Assembly: GCF_003790525.1 (NCBI RefSeq)
Contig: NZ_CP033635.1
DNA: 64,000 bases
Source of the DNA: Escherichia coli
Lineage (GTDB): Bacteria; Pseudomonadota; Gammaproteobacteria; Enterobacterales; Enterobacteriaceae
Direction: 5' to 3' (one strand)
The number at the start of each line of letters is the position of its first letter. Position 1 is the stretch's first letter. The notes below the pieces were generated by a model. The model saw nothing but the letters and a program-made list of their open reading frames with translations, had not been told where the DNA came from and made no database searches. This document shows, piece by piece, positions 26,019 to 34,526 of this stretch. Made by a program: the position numbers and the translations under genes.

Positions 26019-26039
26019 TGGGGGCTATTCTGGGGGCTA
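26019..26039 (+). repeat. tandem TGGGGGCTA repeats (putative integrase arm-type sites), left end
   Basis: TGGGGGCTA at 26019-26027 and 26031-26039, plus the variant TGGGGGTCA at 25981-25989. The same 9-mer pair recurs at the right end. Confidence 0.6.
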
Positions 26040-26056
26040 CATTTCAGGGGTAACTC

Positions 26057-27250
26057 ATGCCACTTACTGTTCGACAAATTGAGTCGGCTAAACCTGCTGA
26101 CAAGGATTACAAACTTTCTGACGGTCAGGGCCTTTATCTTCTTGTCAAAAAATCCGGTGCCCGTTACTGGAATCTGAAGTACCGGTTTGCCGGTAAGGAA
26201 AAGAAACTGGTGATTGGTGTCTATCCTGACATATCACTGGCTCAGGCTCGTCAGAAGCGGGATGAAGCACGTAAACTTCTGGCTGAAGGTAAAGATCCGT
26301 CGTATGAAAAACAGGCGCGAAAACTTGCCATCAGGGAAAGTATGGCCTGCACATTTCGCACCATTGCAGAGGAGCTGCTTACTCATATGGCACGTCGATG
26401 GACAACAGGTTACCAGGCAGACCAGCGTGCAAGACTTGAAAATCATGTTTTCCCTGCTCTTGGAAACCGTCCTGTGACCGGGATCCGCCCCATGGAAATA
26501 CTGAACGTCCTGAGGACTATAGAAGAACAGGGAAAACTTGAAGCACTGCGTAAAACACGCCAGCTCTGTGCGCAGGTTTTTGATTATGCCATAGCAACAG
26601 GGCGTGCAACCGTTAATCCGGCATCGACACTCAGCGGGGTACTGCTTCCTCCTGAAAAACAACAGCGCAGGACGCTTTCTGAAGAACAGATAGGAGCTTT
26701 CATGTATCAGATAACGGCTTCCGGAAATCTGATGTCGCTGGCAACGCGGATGCTGGTTCTGACCGCTGTTCGCACCGGAGAACTGCGACTGGCAACCTGG
26801 GACGAAATTAATTTCACGGAGGCCCTGTGGGTTATTCCGAAAGAAAGAATGAAAATGCGACGACCGCACGTTGTGCCGCTTTCACGGCAGGTACTGGCGT
26901 TACTGGAGGAGATAAAAACACGCACTGAATCGCGTAATTCCGCCTTTATTATTCCTGGTGCATTCAGAAAAGATCTCCCGCGAAACCGCAAGTGTATCAA
27001 TGAATTCCTTGAGCAGTCAGGCTGGCATGCCCTGACAACAGCCCACGGATTTCGTCATACCTTCAGCACCATTCTCCATGACCATGATTTCAGCTCAGCC
27101 TGGATTGAACTCCAGCTTGCTCATGTTGATAAAAACGTCATGCGTGGCACTTATAACCATGCGCAATATCTGGATGGACGTCGTGAAATGATGCAGTGGT
27201 ACGCTGATTACATTGATTCACTTATGGAGAAAAACGTAAAAACGAAATAA
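26057..27250 (+). CDS. P4-type tyrosine integrase
   Basis: 397 aa with a DUF4102-type N-terminus (MPLTVRQIESAKPADKDYKLSDGQGLYLLVKKSGARYWNLKYRF). The C-terminal catalytic region carries HGFRHTF ... LAH ... Y. Confidence 0.93.
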   Translation: MPLTVRQIESAKPADKDYKLSDGQGLYLLVKKSGARYWNLKYRFAGKEKKLVIGVYPDISLAQARQKRDEARKLLAEGKDPSYEKQARKLAIRESMACTFRTIAEELLTHMARRWTTGYQADQRARLENHVFPALGNRPVTGIRPMEILNVLRTIEEQGKLEALRKTRQLCAQVFDYAIATGRATVNPASTLSGVLLPPEKQQRRTLSEEQIGAFMYQITASGNLMSLATRMLVLTAVRTGELRLATWDEINFTEALWVIPKERMKMRRPHVVPLSRQVLALLEEIKTRTESRNSAFIIPGAFRKDLPRNRKCINEFLEQSGWHALTTAHGFRHTFSTILHDHDFSSAWIELQLAHVDKNVMRGTYNHAQYLDGRREMMQWYADYIDSLMEKNVKTK

Positions 27251-27258
27251 GCCATCAC

Positions 27259-27285
27259 CCCCACCAACCACAGCGGTTGGTGGGG
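27259..27285 (+). terminator. hairpin after the integrase gene
   Basis: CCCCACCAACC-acagc-GGTTGGTGGGG, 8 nt after the stop. The T-run begins only ~20 nt later. Confidence 0.5.
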
Positions 27286-27616
27286 AGTTAACTACCATTT
27301 GTATTTTTTGATTTCTGCCTTCAGGCGACATACTCAATATCATCTGATGAGCGAAGATACCCCACCCAAAATGATGGTAGCTTCACATCGTCATTTTCAT
27401 ATAGCAGCACACTGCTGTTCTGACCTCGTAGTCACATTTCTACAGCATCATTACCAGTCAGGCTGATTGCTCCTCATTGAAAGAATGAATCCATGACTAA
27501 CACAAAAATAGCTCTGGCCGGCTGTTACCGGTGTGAGAAGAAACTTGATACAAACTGCCGTGGGCTTTATTCTTGGAGAACTATAAGTTTTTCCAGATTT
27601 ACAACAGATTCAGCAT

Positions 27617-28672
27617 ATGAACAGATTACGCTTTGAAGTGAAGAATAATCAGGGCTGCTTCATTTTCCCGGAAACCTGGTATGAATCACTACTGGAGAAG
27701 TTTAACGAACTGCTTGACTCCTTTGACGAGGATGAGATCAGCGACAGGTCTTATATCAATGCCCTGAAGCGTATCACACAACAGGAACCGGATTTTATTG
27801 ATGCGTATGCATACATGGCATATGCCTTTCTGGAGCAGGAGACACCGCGAAAAGCGCTGAATATTGCACTCAAAGGACTGGCGGCAGGTAACCGACTGAT
27901 ACCTGAAGGTTTCACCGGTGAAATCAGCTGGTTACATCCGGAAAACAGGCCCTTTCTGAATGCCCTTTACGCCGCCATCCTCGCGAATGTGCACCTGCAG
28001 CATCATCAGAATGCTGTCATGCTCATTGATAAAATTCTGGCTTACAATCCTTCAGATAATCCGGGAGCACGCTGGTTACTGGGACCGGAACTGTTGCGTT
28101 CTGGTGACCATGAACGGGCTCTCTGTGTTCTCCGGCAGTATGCAGATGAATTTTCGCCTTACTGGTATGAGCTTGGTCTTCTGCATTTTATTAATGGAGA
28201 GCCGGTGAAGGCAGCGACAGCTTTCCGGCGCGGCTTTGCAGAAAATACTTATATCGCGGAGATTCTATGCGGAAATCTGTACCCCTTCCCGCTTGCCCTT
28301 TGGCATGATTATTCATCTGAGCCGGATACAGCCAGACAGTATTATGAAACATTCTGCCCGTTATGGGGAAAATATCCCGAGGCATTGTTATTTGTTAACT
28401 GGCTCTACAACCAGTCTGGCGTACTGAGCGAACGGGCTGAATTCATGAAGTGTGCTGAAATGCTGTTAAGGGCAGATGATCAGGAAATGAATGAAAGCAT
28501 TTTTCAGCAGCGGGAGCTCTTACGGGAAAGAATTGATGATCGTCTTTCTGAGGAAATCGTTCAGAAATTACGGACATTGAACGGGGAGGAGATCTGGCCC
28601 TGGATGTTACCGTTTTCCGGAGAACTGATCCCCGCAGACATTTGCTTTCAGAACAGTCTGAAATATCAGTAA
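27617..28672 (+). CDS. TPR-like helical-repeat protein, function unknown
   Basis: 351-aa ORF with no TM segment or signal peptide. It has repeated helix-pair segments with TPR-like spacing (e.g. NAVMLIDKILAYNPSDNPGARWLLGPELLRSGDHERAL). The family was not identified. Confidence 0.55.
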   Translation: MNRLRFEVKNNQGCFIFPETWYESLLEKFNELLDSFDEDEISDRSYINALKRITQQEPDFIDAYAYMAYAFLEQETPRKALNIALKGLAAGNRLIPEGFTGEISWLHPENRPFLNALYAAILANVHLQHHQNAVMLIDKILAYNPSDNPGARWLLGPELLRSGDHERALCVLRQYADEFSPYWYELGLLHFINGEPVKAATAFRRGFAENTYIAEILCGNLYPFPLALWHDYSSEPDTARQYYETFCPLWGKYPEALLFVNWLYNQSGVLSERAEFMKCAEMLLRADDQEMNESIFQQRELLRERIDDRLSEEIVQKLRTLNGEEIWPWMLPFSGELIPADICFQNSLKYQ

Positions 28673-28773
28673 TATCTGCACCAGGATGCCATTCCGGGGT
28701 CAGTAAGGATCTTCCCCCTGACCTGGACAAATGTAATGAAACTCAGCTAAGCCCCAGAAGAGCAGGCATATAG

Positions 28774-29154
28774 TCAACCGAGGTCGCTGCAATAAACCAT
28801 CGCGCTTTGATTCCCCCGATGAAGAGGTGACTGGCAGCGACTTCCTGAGCGACGACTTGTCTTTCCATCAATAGCGACTACCTGAGAAGATAAAACAGGA
28901 AGGACTTCTGAACCCCATCGCCGGAACGCAGCTTCAAACTGCTCAGGGACAATCAGCCCAAAAAGACGGGCGAATGTATCATGGGAAGGTATGCCATTTT
29001 TTAGAGGTAAAAAACTGGCGGAGCCACTCAATGCGTTGCCTGCCCAGAGCTCAATTTCCTGAAAATTATCCGCACCGACCAGCACACCACAAACGGCAAT
29101 GGTCAATGTATCAACCAGAGTGTGCCTGACTTGTCCAGGGCTGACAGGGATCAT
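28774..29154 (-). pseudogene. ISAs1-family (H-repeat) transposase, N-terminal fragment
   Basis: VRHTLVDTLTIAVCGVLVGADNFQEIELWAGN...GIPSHDTFARLF...VVAIDGKTSRRS matches the N-terminal associated domain of ISAs1/YhhI-type transposases. The DDE domain is missing. Confidence 0.75.
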
Positions 29155-29281
29155 GTATTGAGATGAATATATCGGTAACCGGCGGTATATGAGACATAAT
29201 ATATCCCTTTGATAAAAAAGGTTATGTTGACATATTTATCCTGCATGTCACGTATCATTATTTTTCATGCGATTGCCCTGC

Positions 29282-29400
29282 GGTTACCACCGCTCACAGT
29301 TAGTAAAGGACTGGGCGGAAGTGGTCAATATAAGGTTGCATTACCTTCCTCCTTATAGTCCGAATCTGAATCCGATTGAACGGATGTGGAAAAATGCTGC
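29282..29400 (+). pseudogene. IS630-family transposase, C-terminal fragment
   Basis: Frame reads ...QLVKDWAEVVNIRLHYLPPYSPNLNPIERMWKNAA*. This is the conserved LPPYSP-LNPIE motif around the catalytic E of IS630/Tc1 transposases. Confidence 0.75.
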
Positions 29401-29716
29401 TTAATAGTATTGATGTTCATCTTTATGCCTCTAAAAGAAAGCATAAGATCACAACAGGCTCAGCAGGTCAATCACTCTATTTTTGTTCAAAAAACGTTCA
29501 TGATCTTGCCCTACCCAATTTTGTGGGTAAGGATATGCGATGAAATTCTCCTTGCAGTTTAATACAACCTTTCCATATTAAGCGGCAGTATTACCTGCCA
29601 GTCAGGATAATTTTACACCTAATGTTAGTTAAAATTTGTGCAACTTGAAACAATAATACTACAGTATCCACTATCGTCAGCACACCTCAAATACTATTTT
29701 TTATGAAACGTTTATT

Positions 29717-30373
29717 TTATAAATCATTATCAATCAAACTCAGGAATGTATCTCTGGCATAATTACCAACGATGTTGGTTGTTATCGCATCAAGACTACC
29801 ACCAACGATTCCTCCTACAACAGGAACAAACTTTGACATATTAATAACACCAGTAGCACCTGTTTTTGTAAGCAGTCTGAAACCGACTGCCTTATTTATC
29901 TTTACAATAATATCTTTACTAATACATCTAATTGCATTTGTTGTCAACTTTTGTCCTATCTGAATTCCTGCTTCCTTCAAAATATCTTTCGCAGCATTAC
30001 CTACAAGACAGGTATAAACAATAGTTCTGACTTTATCATCACGAATATCCTGGCCACACATGATCGCAATAGATGCAACCATCCTGACCTGAATGAAAAG
30101 GACACTTGAAATATTGGTCGGTATAGTTACTGGTAATGTAATAATTCCTCCAAGACCAGTAAGAAAACCTGATGTGGCTGACTTGGTATTTTGCCATCGA
30201 ATAAGGCTATTTATCTGTTCTTTTAAACTACTACCCGTTTTCAGATAACTTTCCGCAAGACTATGTGCCGTATCAATTCCTGGGATACCAATACCATCGA
30301 TGGATTTTTCATAAGCGTAATCCAGAAATTTTATGATTTTTGATGGCGTGAGAATATTTTCATTATCAGTCAT
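29717..30373 (-). CDS. EcsC-family protein
   Basis: ATG at 30373 (MTDNENIL...). It shows EcsC-like features: SLIRWQNTKSATSGFLTGLGGIITLPVTIPTNISSVLFIQVRMVASIA and a Gly-rich C-terminal segment VPVVGGIVGGSLDA. AT-rich. Confidence 0.65.
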   Translation of the reverse strand: MTDNENILTPSKIIKFLDYAYEKSIDGIGIPGIDTAHSLAESYLKTGSSLKEQINSLIRWQNTKSATSGFLTGLGGIITLPVTIPTNISSVLFIQVRMVASIAIMCGQDIRDDKVRTIVYTCLVGNAAKDILKEAGIQIGQKLTTNAIRCISKDIIVKINKAVGFRLLTKTGATGVINMSKFVPVVGGIVGGSLDAITTNIVGNYARDTFLSLIDNDL

Positions 30374-30464
30374 ACAACAAAACACCTAAAAATTTCACGA
30401 TCACTTTCTAAAAACTATCTCCGACAGATATCGGAACACCAGTATTATCACCAATTAAATAATA

Positions 30465-30656
30465 TTATTTTTTGAGAAACAATTGTATTGCTCTGGCAAA
30501 AAGATTTTCTGTAATTGTAGCCTTACGTTTATAAATAACTTTCTCTCCACACACAGGACATTCATAAAATCCTGCTGTACAATTCATATGAATAATAGTT
30601 TTACTCCATTGACAATTTGTACAGATAAATGTAATGGGTGGACAGGGAAAAATCAT
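30465..30656 (-). CDS. small zinc-ribbon protein (63 aa)
   Basis: From ATG 30656: MIFPCPPITFICTNCQWSKTIIHMNCTAGFYECPVCGEKV..., with two CxxC knuckles. The track ORF begins 10 codons earlier at a GTG. It lies 91 nt upstream of the EcsC gene. Confidence 0.5.
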   Translation of the reverse strand: MIFPCPPITFICTNCQWSKTIIHMNCTAGFYECPVCGEKVIYKRKATITENLFARAIQLFLKK

Positions 30657-30746
30657 TGGCTCACACTCTCGATATATAAATAACACTTACAGGGACATGT
30701 AAATATTTTCGATTTATCCCTATAAAAATAACTTCACCTCCAGTAA

Positions 30747-31100
30747 TCAATTCAGTTCTGTAAGACGATCGATTATTTTACGTAGTTCATCTGCAGAATC
30801 ACATGTATCCAGTGAAATTTTTATTCTAAAATTCTTTAACCAATTAGCAGCCTCCTGATCTTCACGCCATAAACGCTCCCCGCTCCAATCCCCCCTAAAA
30901 CATAGAGCAGCAATAGCCAATCCTCTGCATGCTGGCCGATTATGCTCAGATGTATTATTTTGGTTATAAAAATCGTTAATTCTTTCTACCGGAGATGATT
31001 TTATTTTATCCCACACATTGAAATTAGCTTTTTTCATCGTTTCAGCAGCAGCATTAGAAGCAAGCTTACCGAATCCCATTATAGCATCCCAAAATCCCAT
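30747..31100 (-). CDS. hypothetical protein (117 aa)
   Basis: ORF preceded by AAGGTGA. No recognisable family. AT-rich, and on the same strand as its neighbours. Confidence 0.5.
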   Translation of the reverse strand: MGFWDAIMGFGKLASNAAAETMKKANFNVWDKIKSSPVERINDFYNQNNTSEHNRPACRGLAIAALCFRGDWSGERLWREDQEAANWLKNFRIKISLDTCDSADELRKIIDRLTELN

Positions 31101-31136
31101 ATATCACCTTATGCTATATAATATCTAAATGAGTAT

Positions 31137-31226
31137 CTAATCTTTTAGAACCACTATTTGGACAATGGTTTTACGCCACTTACATCTGGTACAAATGAAT
31201 GTAACCGGGGGCTGAGGAAGTGCCAT
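31137..31226 (-). pseudogene. truncated paralog of the zinc-ribbon ORF (29 codons)
   Basis: MALPQPPVTFICTRCKWRKTIVQIVVLKD* aligns with the first ~23 codons of the 30465-30656 product (MIFPCPPITFICTNCQWSKTIIH). The second CxxC knuckle is absent. Confidence 0.4.
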
Positions 31227-31312
31227 GAAGGTACGTGTCTGTTGTATTAAACTATCAAATCAGACCACACGCTGCGATTTTGAATTTAACAACGTGTAGT
31301 CAGATATTACAT

Positions 31313-32062
31313 TCAGAAGCTGTATGTAGCACCTAACGTAAATTCGTTACTTCTGACATCAACAGAGGATTTATATGTATCCTGCCCGTCTTCATACGTC
31401 AGGGTTGAATCACCTGCATCAAGATAGCGATAAGCAAGGTCAAGACTGAAATCCGGGGTGACCTCATATTTCACGCCAACACCAAGGCTCCATGCGAAAT
31501 TGTTATCATATCCCGAGTAATGTAATGAAGAAGCATCACTTACTTCACCTGATTTATTCCAGGAGGTATCGGTGTATGTTGCCTTATGATGTACCCGCGC
31601 ATAACCCAGTCCGGCTGATACCCACGGAGTGAAAGCACTGCTGTTTCTGAAATCATAATACGTGTTCACCATCAGGGTATTCACGCTGAGCCTGTTTTGT
31701 GTGTCTTCCTTCCAACCATTATCTCCAGACGGGGACTCCCATGTATCCAGTGGATAGCGGGAATTCGCAGAGCCGCGACCATAGAATTCAACTTCCGTGC
31801 GTACAGGGACATTGTAGTGCTGATAAAAGTCGTATCCCACCGCAAGGCCAGCACCAAAAACCGTATCGCTCTTGTCACCGCCTTTATACTTATAAACATC
31901 ATCCCCAAAGTCCTGACTAAAGCGCTGATTATCCTGAGTGATAACAGATGCACCAGCCTTACCCGTGATATAGAAACCGGTTTTATCCGCATCTGCCAGC
32001 GTCAGCGTTGAAAACGTACCGGTAAGCGCAGCTACCGCAGTGAGTGCCAGTAACTTTTTCAC
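31313..32062 (-). CDS. outer-membrane beta-barrel protein (OmpA-like/Opa-type, possibly Tia/Hek-like)
   Basis: 249 aa with a signal peptide MKKLLALTAVAALTGTFSTLTLA. It has alternating amphipathic strands, aromatic girdles and a C-terminal ...TLGATYSF. Confidence 0.7.
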   Translation of the reverse strand: MKKLLALTAVAALTGTFSTLTLADADKTGFYITGKAGASVITQDNQRFSQDFGDDVYKYKGGDKSDTVFGAGLAVGYDFYQHYNVPVRTEVEFYGRGSANSRYPLDTWESPSGDNGWKEDTQNRLSVNTLMVNTYYDFRNSSAFTPWVSAGLGYARVHHKATYTDTSWNKSGEVSDASSLHYSGYDNNFAWSLGVGVKYEVTPDFSLDLAYRYLDAGDSTLTYEDGQDTYKSSVDVRSNEFTLGATYSF

Positions 32063-32377
32063 AATCCACCTCTCCTGATGTTTCCTTCAGACATATGAAT
32101 TTGTCCAATTTTAAGACGGATTTCTCATTGGTAAAATGAATTGTACAGATCGTATCGATCGACAAAGTCGATCGTTAAGCAGAAAAAAGATTTATCGTCA
32201 GCGAAGATTTGTTTATGGAAATGACTGAAAAAACGGGTTAAAAAACAGACTGTTCTGTCCATGTGAAACGGGAAGTGACGGGATAAGACGTTATGTGAGG
32301 ATTGTTACGGGAAATGCTGTTTTACGTTGTTAAAATGTAACTCCGCAATGAAACTATCCCCTGTGGAGGTCCTGTAA

Positions 32378-32731
32378 ATGAACAAAGCACTCTCTTCCAT
32401 TCTGCTCATCTTCGGTATCTGTGCATCATCACTGGCCGCTGAAAAAAACAGAACCGTCAGTTTTCCACGATGTGAAGTACAGGAAGCATCAGCTGTTGCA
32501 GCCAGCGTCAAACGGGACTATCTCCAGAAACAGGTATTTCAGTGGAAAGATGATCAGGAAATTCTCGGTCAGCAGCGTCCCGTTGTCTGGGTGAATCTTC
32601 GTGAGCCGGTAAATAAAGGTGATAATGTCATCACAGTGCATCTCACTGCCCGTGGAAAGAAAGCAGATATTCAGTATCGTGTGCGCGTTGACTGTAAGAA
32701 CGGAAGTGCTACCTGGCAACGCCAGGGATGA
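32378..32731 (+). CDS. YebF-family secreted protein (island paralog)
   Basis: 117 aa with a signal peptide. [39 protein letters not shown]...[21 protein letters not shown] parallels YebF ([22 protein letters not shown]...ADIHYQVSVDCKAG). Confidence 0.7.
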   Translation: [117 protein letters not shown]

Positions 32732-32777
32732 ACGGGTGAAGTTGAATACAGAGCCCGAACGAACGGGCTCTCCATAC

Positions 32778-33350
32778 TCATCGTATATAACTGAATGCGG
32801 TGATGACGTGTTTCACCCCCGCCACGCGACTGGCGATATCAGCAGCAGCCTGTCCTTCCTTCTCTGTAACTCTCCCCATAAGAAAGACTTCACCATTCTC
32901 CGTCAGTACCTTTACATCTGACAGTTTCACCCTGCTGCTCTTCAGTAACTGTGCCCGGATTTTTGTGGTCAGCCACGCATCAGTAGCTGTTTTATCAGCC
33001 CGAAGTGGTTTTCCCGTCCTTATTTCATTCCATACCTGCACAGTCCCCTCAACACCATCTGCAATCTGACGGGCTTTTTCACCTGCACTACGGTCTGGTG
33101 CCTGCCCTGTCAGCAGTACAGTGCCCTGGTATGCTGTGACGATGATTCGCGCATCCCCCCTGAGTTGTGAGTCCTTCGACAGCGCACGGCTGACCCTTGC
33201 TTCCAGAATTTCATCATCAATCTGCGTTCCCGCACTTCGGGGGTCCACTGACACTTTAGTACCCACAGCAGCCGTACCGACCAGCGCAGCGGCAACACAA
33301 CCCTGTAACAGCAACAGAGTCGAAAGAAAAGGCAGAAACCAGCGTTGCAT
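32778..33350 (-). CDS. dual-BON-domain lipoprotein, DolP(YraP)/OsmY-like
   Basis: ATG 33350 is preceded by GGAGG. Lipobox LLLQGC. Two BON-type segments (...IIVTAYQGTVLLTGQAP... and ...VKVLTENGEVFLMGRVT...). Confidence 0.75.
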   Translation of the reverse strand: MQRWFLPFLSTLLLLQGCVAAALVGTAAVGTKVSVDPRSAGTQIDDEILEARVSRALSKDSQLRGDARIIVTAYQGTVLLTGQAPDRSAGEKARQIADGVEGTVQVWNEIRTGKPLRADKTATDAWLTTKIRAQLLKSSRVKLSDVKVLTENGEVFLMGRVTEKEGQAAADIASRVAGVKHVITAFSYIR

Positions 33351-33673
33351 GGCAGAATCCTCCACGGTCTGATATCCGGAATTTCGCAGTATGACGGCAG
33401 GAATCAGCCATCACAGATACCACAAGCTTCAGAGAGTAACGAAAACGTTAAAGGAAACGGAAGTGCCTGAATGTAAAGAACGGGGAACCACACAGGGTAT
33501 GGACAAACATAATAACAATAACAGGATGAAAATATTGAATAAAAAATAAAAACCGAGACATCATCATTTGCAGTAATAGCCACCTCCTTACCGAAAAGTG
33601 TGAGTTGCCGGACATTTTTTAAACGCATGATAAGGTCTGATGATACAGTCACCCTGCAACCAGGAGGTACATC

Positions 33674-33967
33674 ATGCGTATACGTGTTTTTGGTTACCGG
33701 CACTGCCCTTCAGTCCATCGCATCATGCATCACGCAACGCGAATCCCCGATGAAATGGAACCGGATGTTGTGTTTATTGATGTCGCGAAGCACAGTGTGA
33801 CGCTGCGGGATATGGCTGACCGTGCAGGCTGCCCGGTGGATAACTTCCCGTGTGTGTTTGTTGATGATGTCTATCTGGAGCCCCTCCACCAGAACCGGGC
33901 AAACCGCACTTTACATACTGCTGAATATTTATTACCGGATATGGACAATCGCTTTCATTCGGGATAA
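33674..33967 (+). CDS. hypothetical protein, weak glutaredoxin-like pattern
   Basis: 97 aa, GGAGG 7 nt upstream. IRVFGYRHCPSV...FPCVFVDDVYL resembles the beta-alpha-beta start and the VPxIFI strand of Grx/NrdH, but with a single Cys. The assignment is tentative. Confidence 0.4.
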   Translation: MRIRVFGYRHCPSVHRIMHHATRIPDEMEPDVVFIDVAKHSVTLRDMADRAGCPVDNFPCVFVDDVYLEPLHQNRANRTLHTAEYLLPDMDNRFHSG

Positions 33968-34091
33968 AAAATACTGCGCGTTCCTGGTTTATTTTGCGTT
34001 GCTGTCATGACGTGTTTGCCTTCATTGCCGGGATCGCGCACTTTTTGTTATAACTCCCCGGAGGACACTGTCTGTAATCAGATGGAAACCT

Positions 34092-34526
34092 TTATCTCAG
34101 TGATGTCCTGGTTAATACAGAATACTGCCCCGGACCAAGTAACATAATGGCAATCCCCCCCATGAAATACAGCATTTCATTTTCAAGCCCCCACGCCCCT
34201 ACTTCAGTCAGTGTGAAAAACTTCCCTGTTCCGACCAGAAGCGTGGCAACAATCAGTGTCAGCGCATAAATCAGAGCAGCAGGTCTGGTAAATATCCCAA
34301 GAATGATAAGTACCGGAGCCACGATTTCACCAATATACACACCATAGGCAATAAATCCTGGCAAACCAGCATCCTGCAACATTGATATAATCCAGTTGAC
34401 ACCGTGCTCTATTTTGGCCACACCATGGAACAGCATCAATATACCAAATGTCAGTCTCAGCAACAGAAGACCTGTATCCGGGTAGTCTGTCAGTCTGGTA
34501 AAGAACATATTTATTCTTGCTGGCAT
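34092..34526 (-). CDS. DoxX-family inner-membrane protein
   Basis: 144 aa with four TM segments. GLLLLRLTFGILMLFHGVAK is typical of DoxX/YphA. An alternative start at MFFTRL (34508) is possible. Confidence 0.75.
   Translation of the reverse strand: MPARINMFFTRLTDYPDTGLLLLRLTFGILMLFHGVAKIEHGVNWIISMLQDAGLPGFIAYGVYIGEIVAPVLIILGIFTRPAALIYALTLIVATLLVGTGKFFTLTEVGAWGLENEMLYFMGGIAIMLLGPGQYSVLTRTSLR

Noticed and set aside
26234-26869. 211-aa minus-strand ORF
   Set aside because: It is antisense to the integrase gene, whose catalytic motifs clearly define the coding strand.
33404-33703. 99-aa minus-strand ORF between the BON and Grx-like genes
   Set aside because: It has no SD, an odd Cys/Tyr/Phe-rich composition, and overlaps the start and SD of the better-supported plus-strand ORF at 33674.
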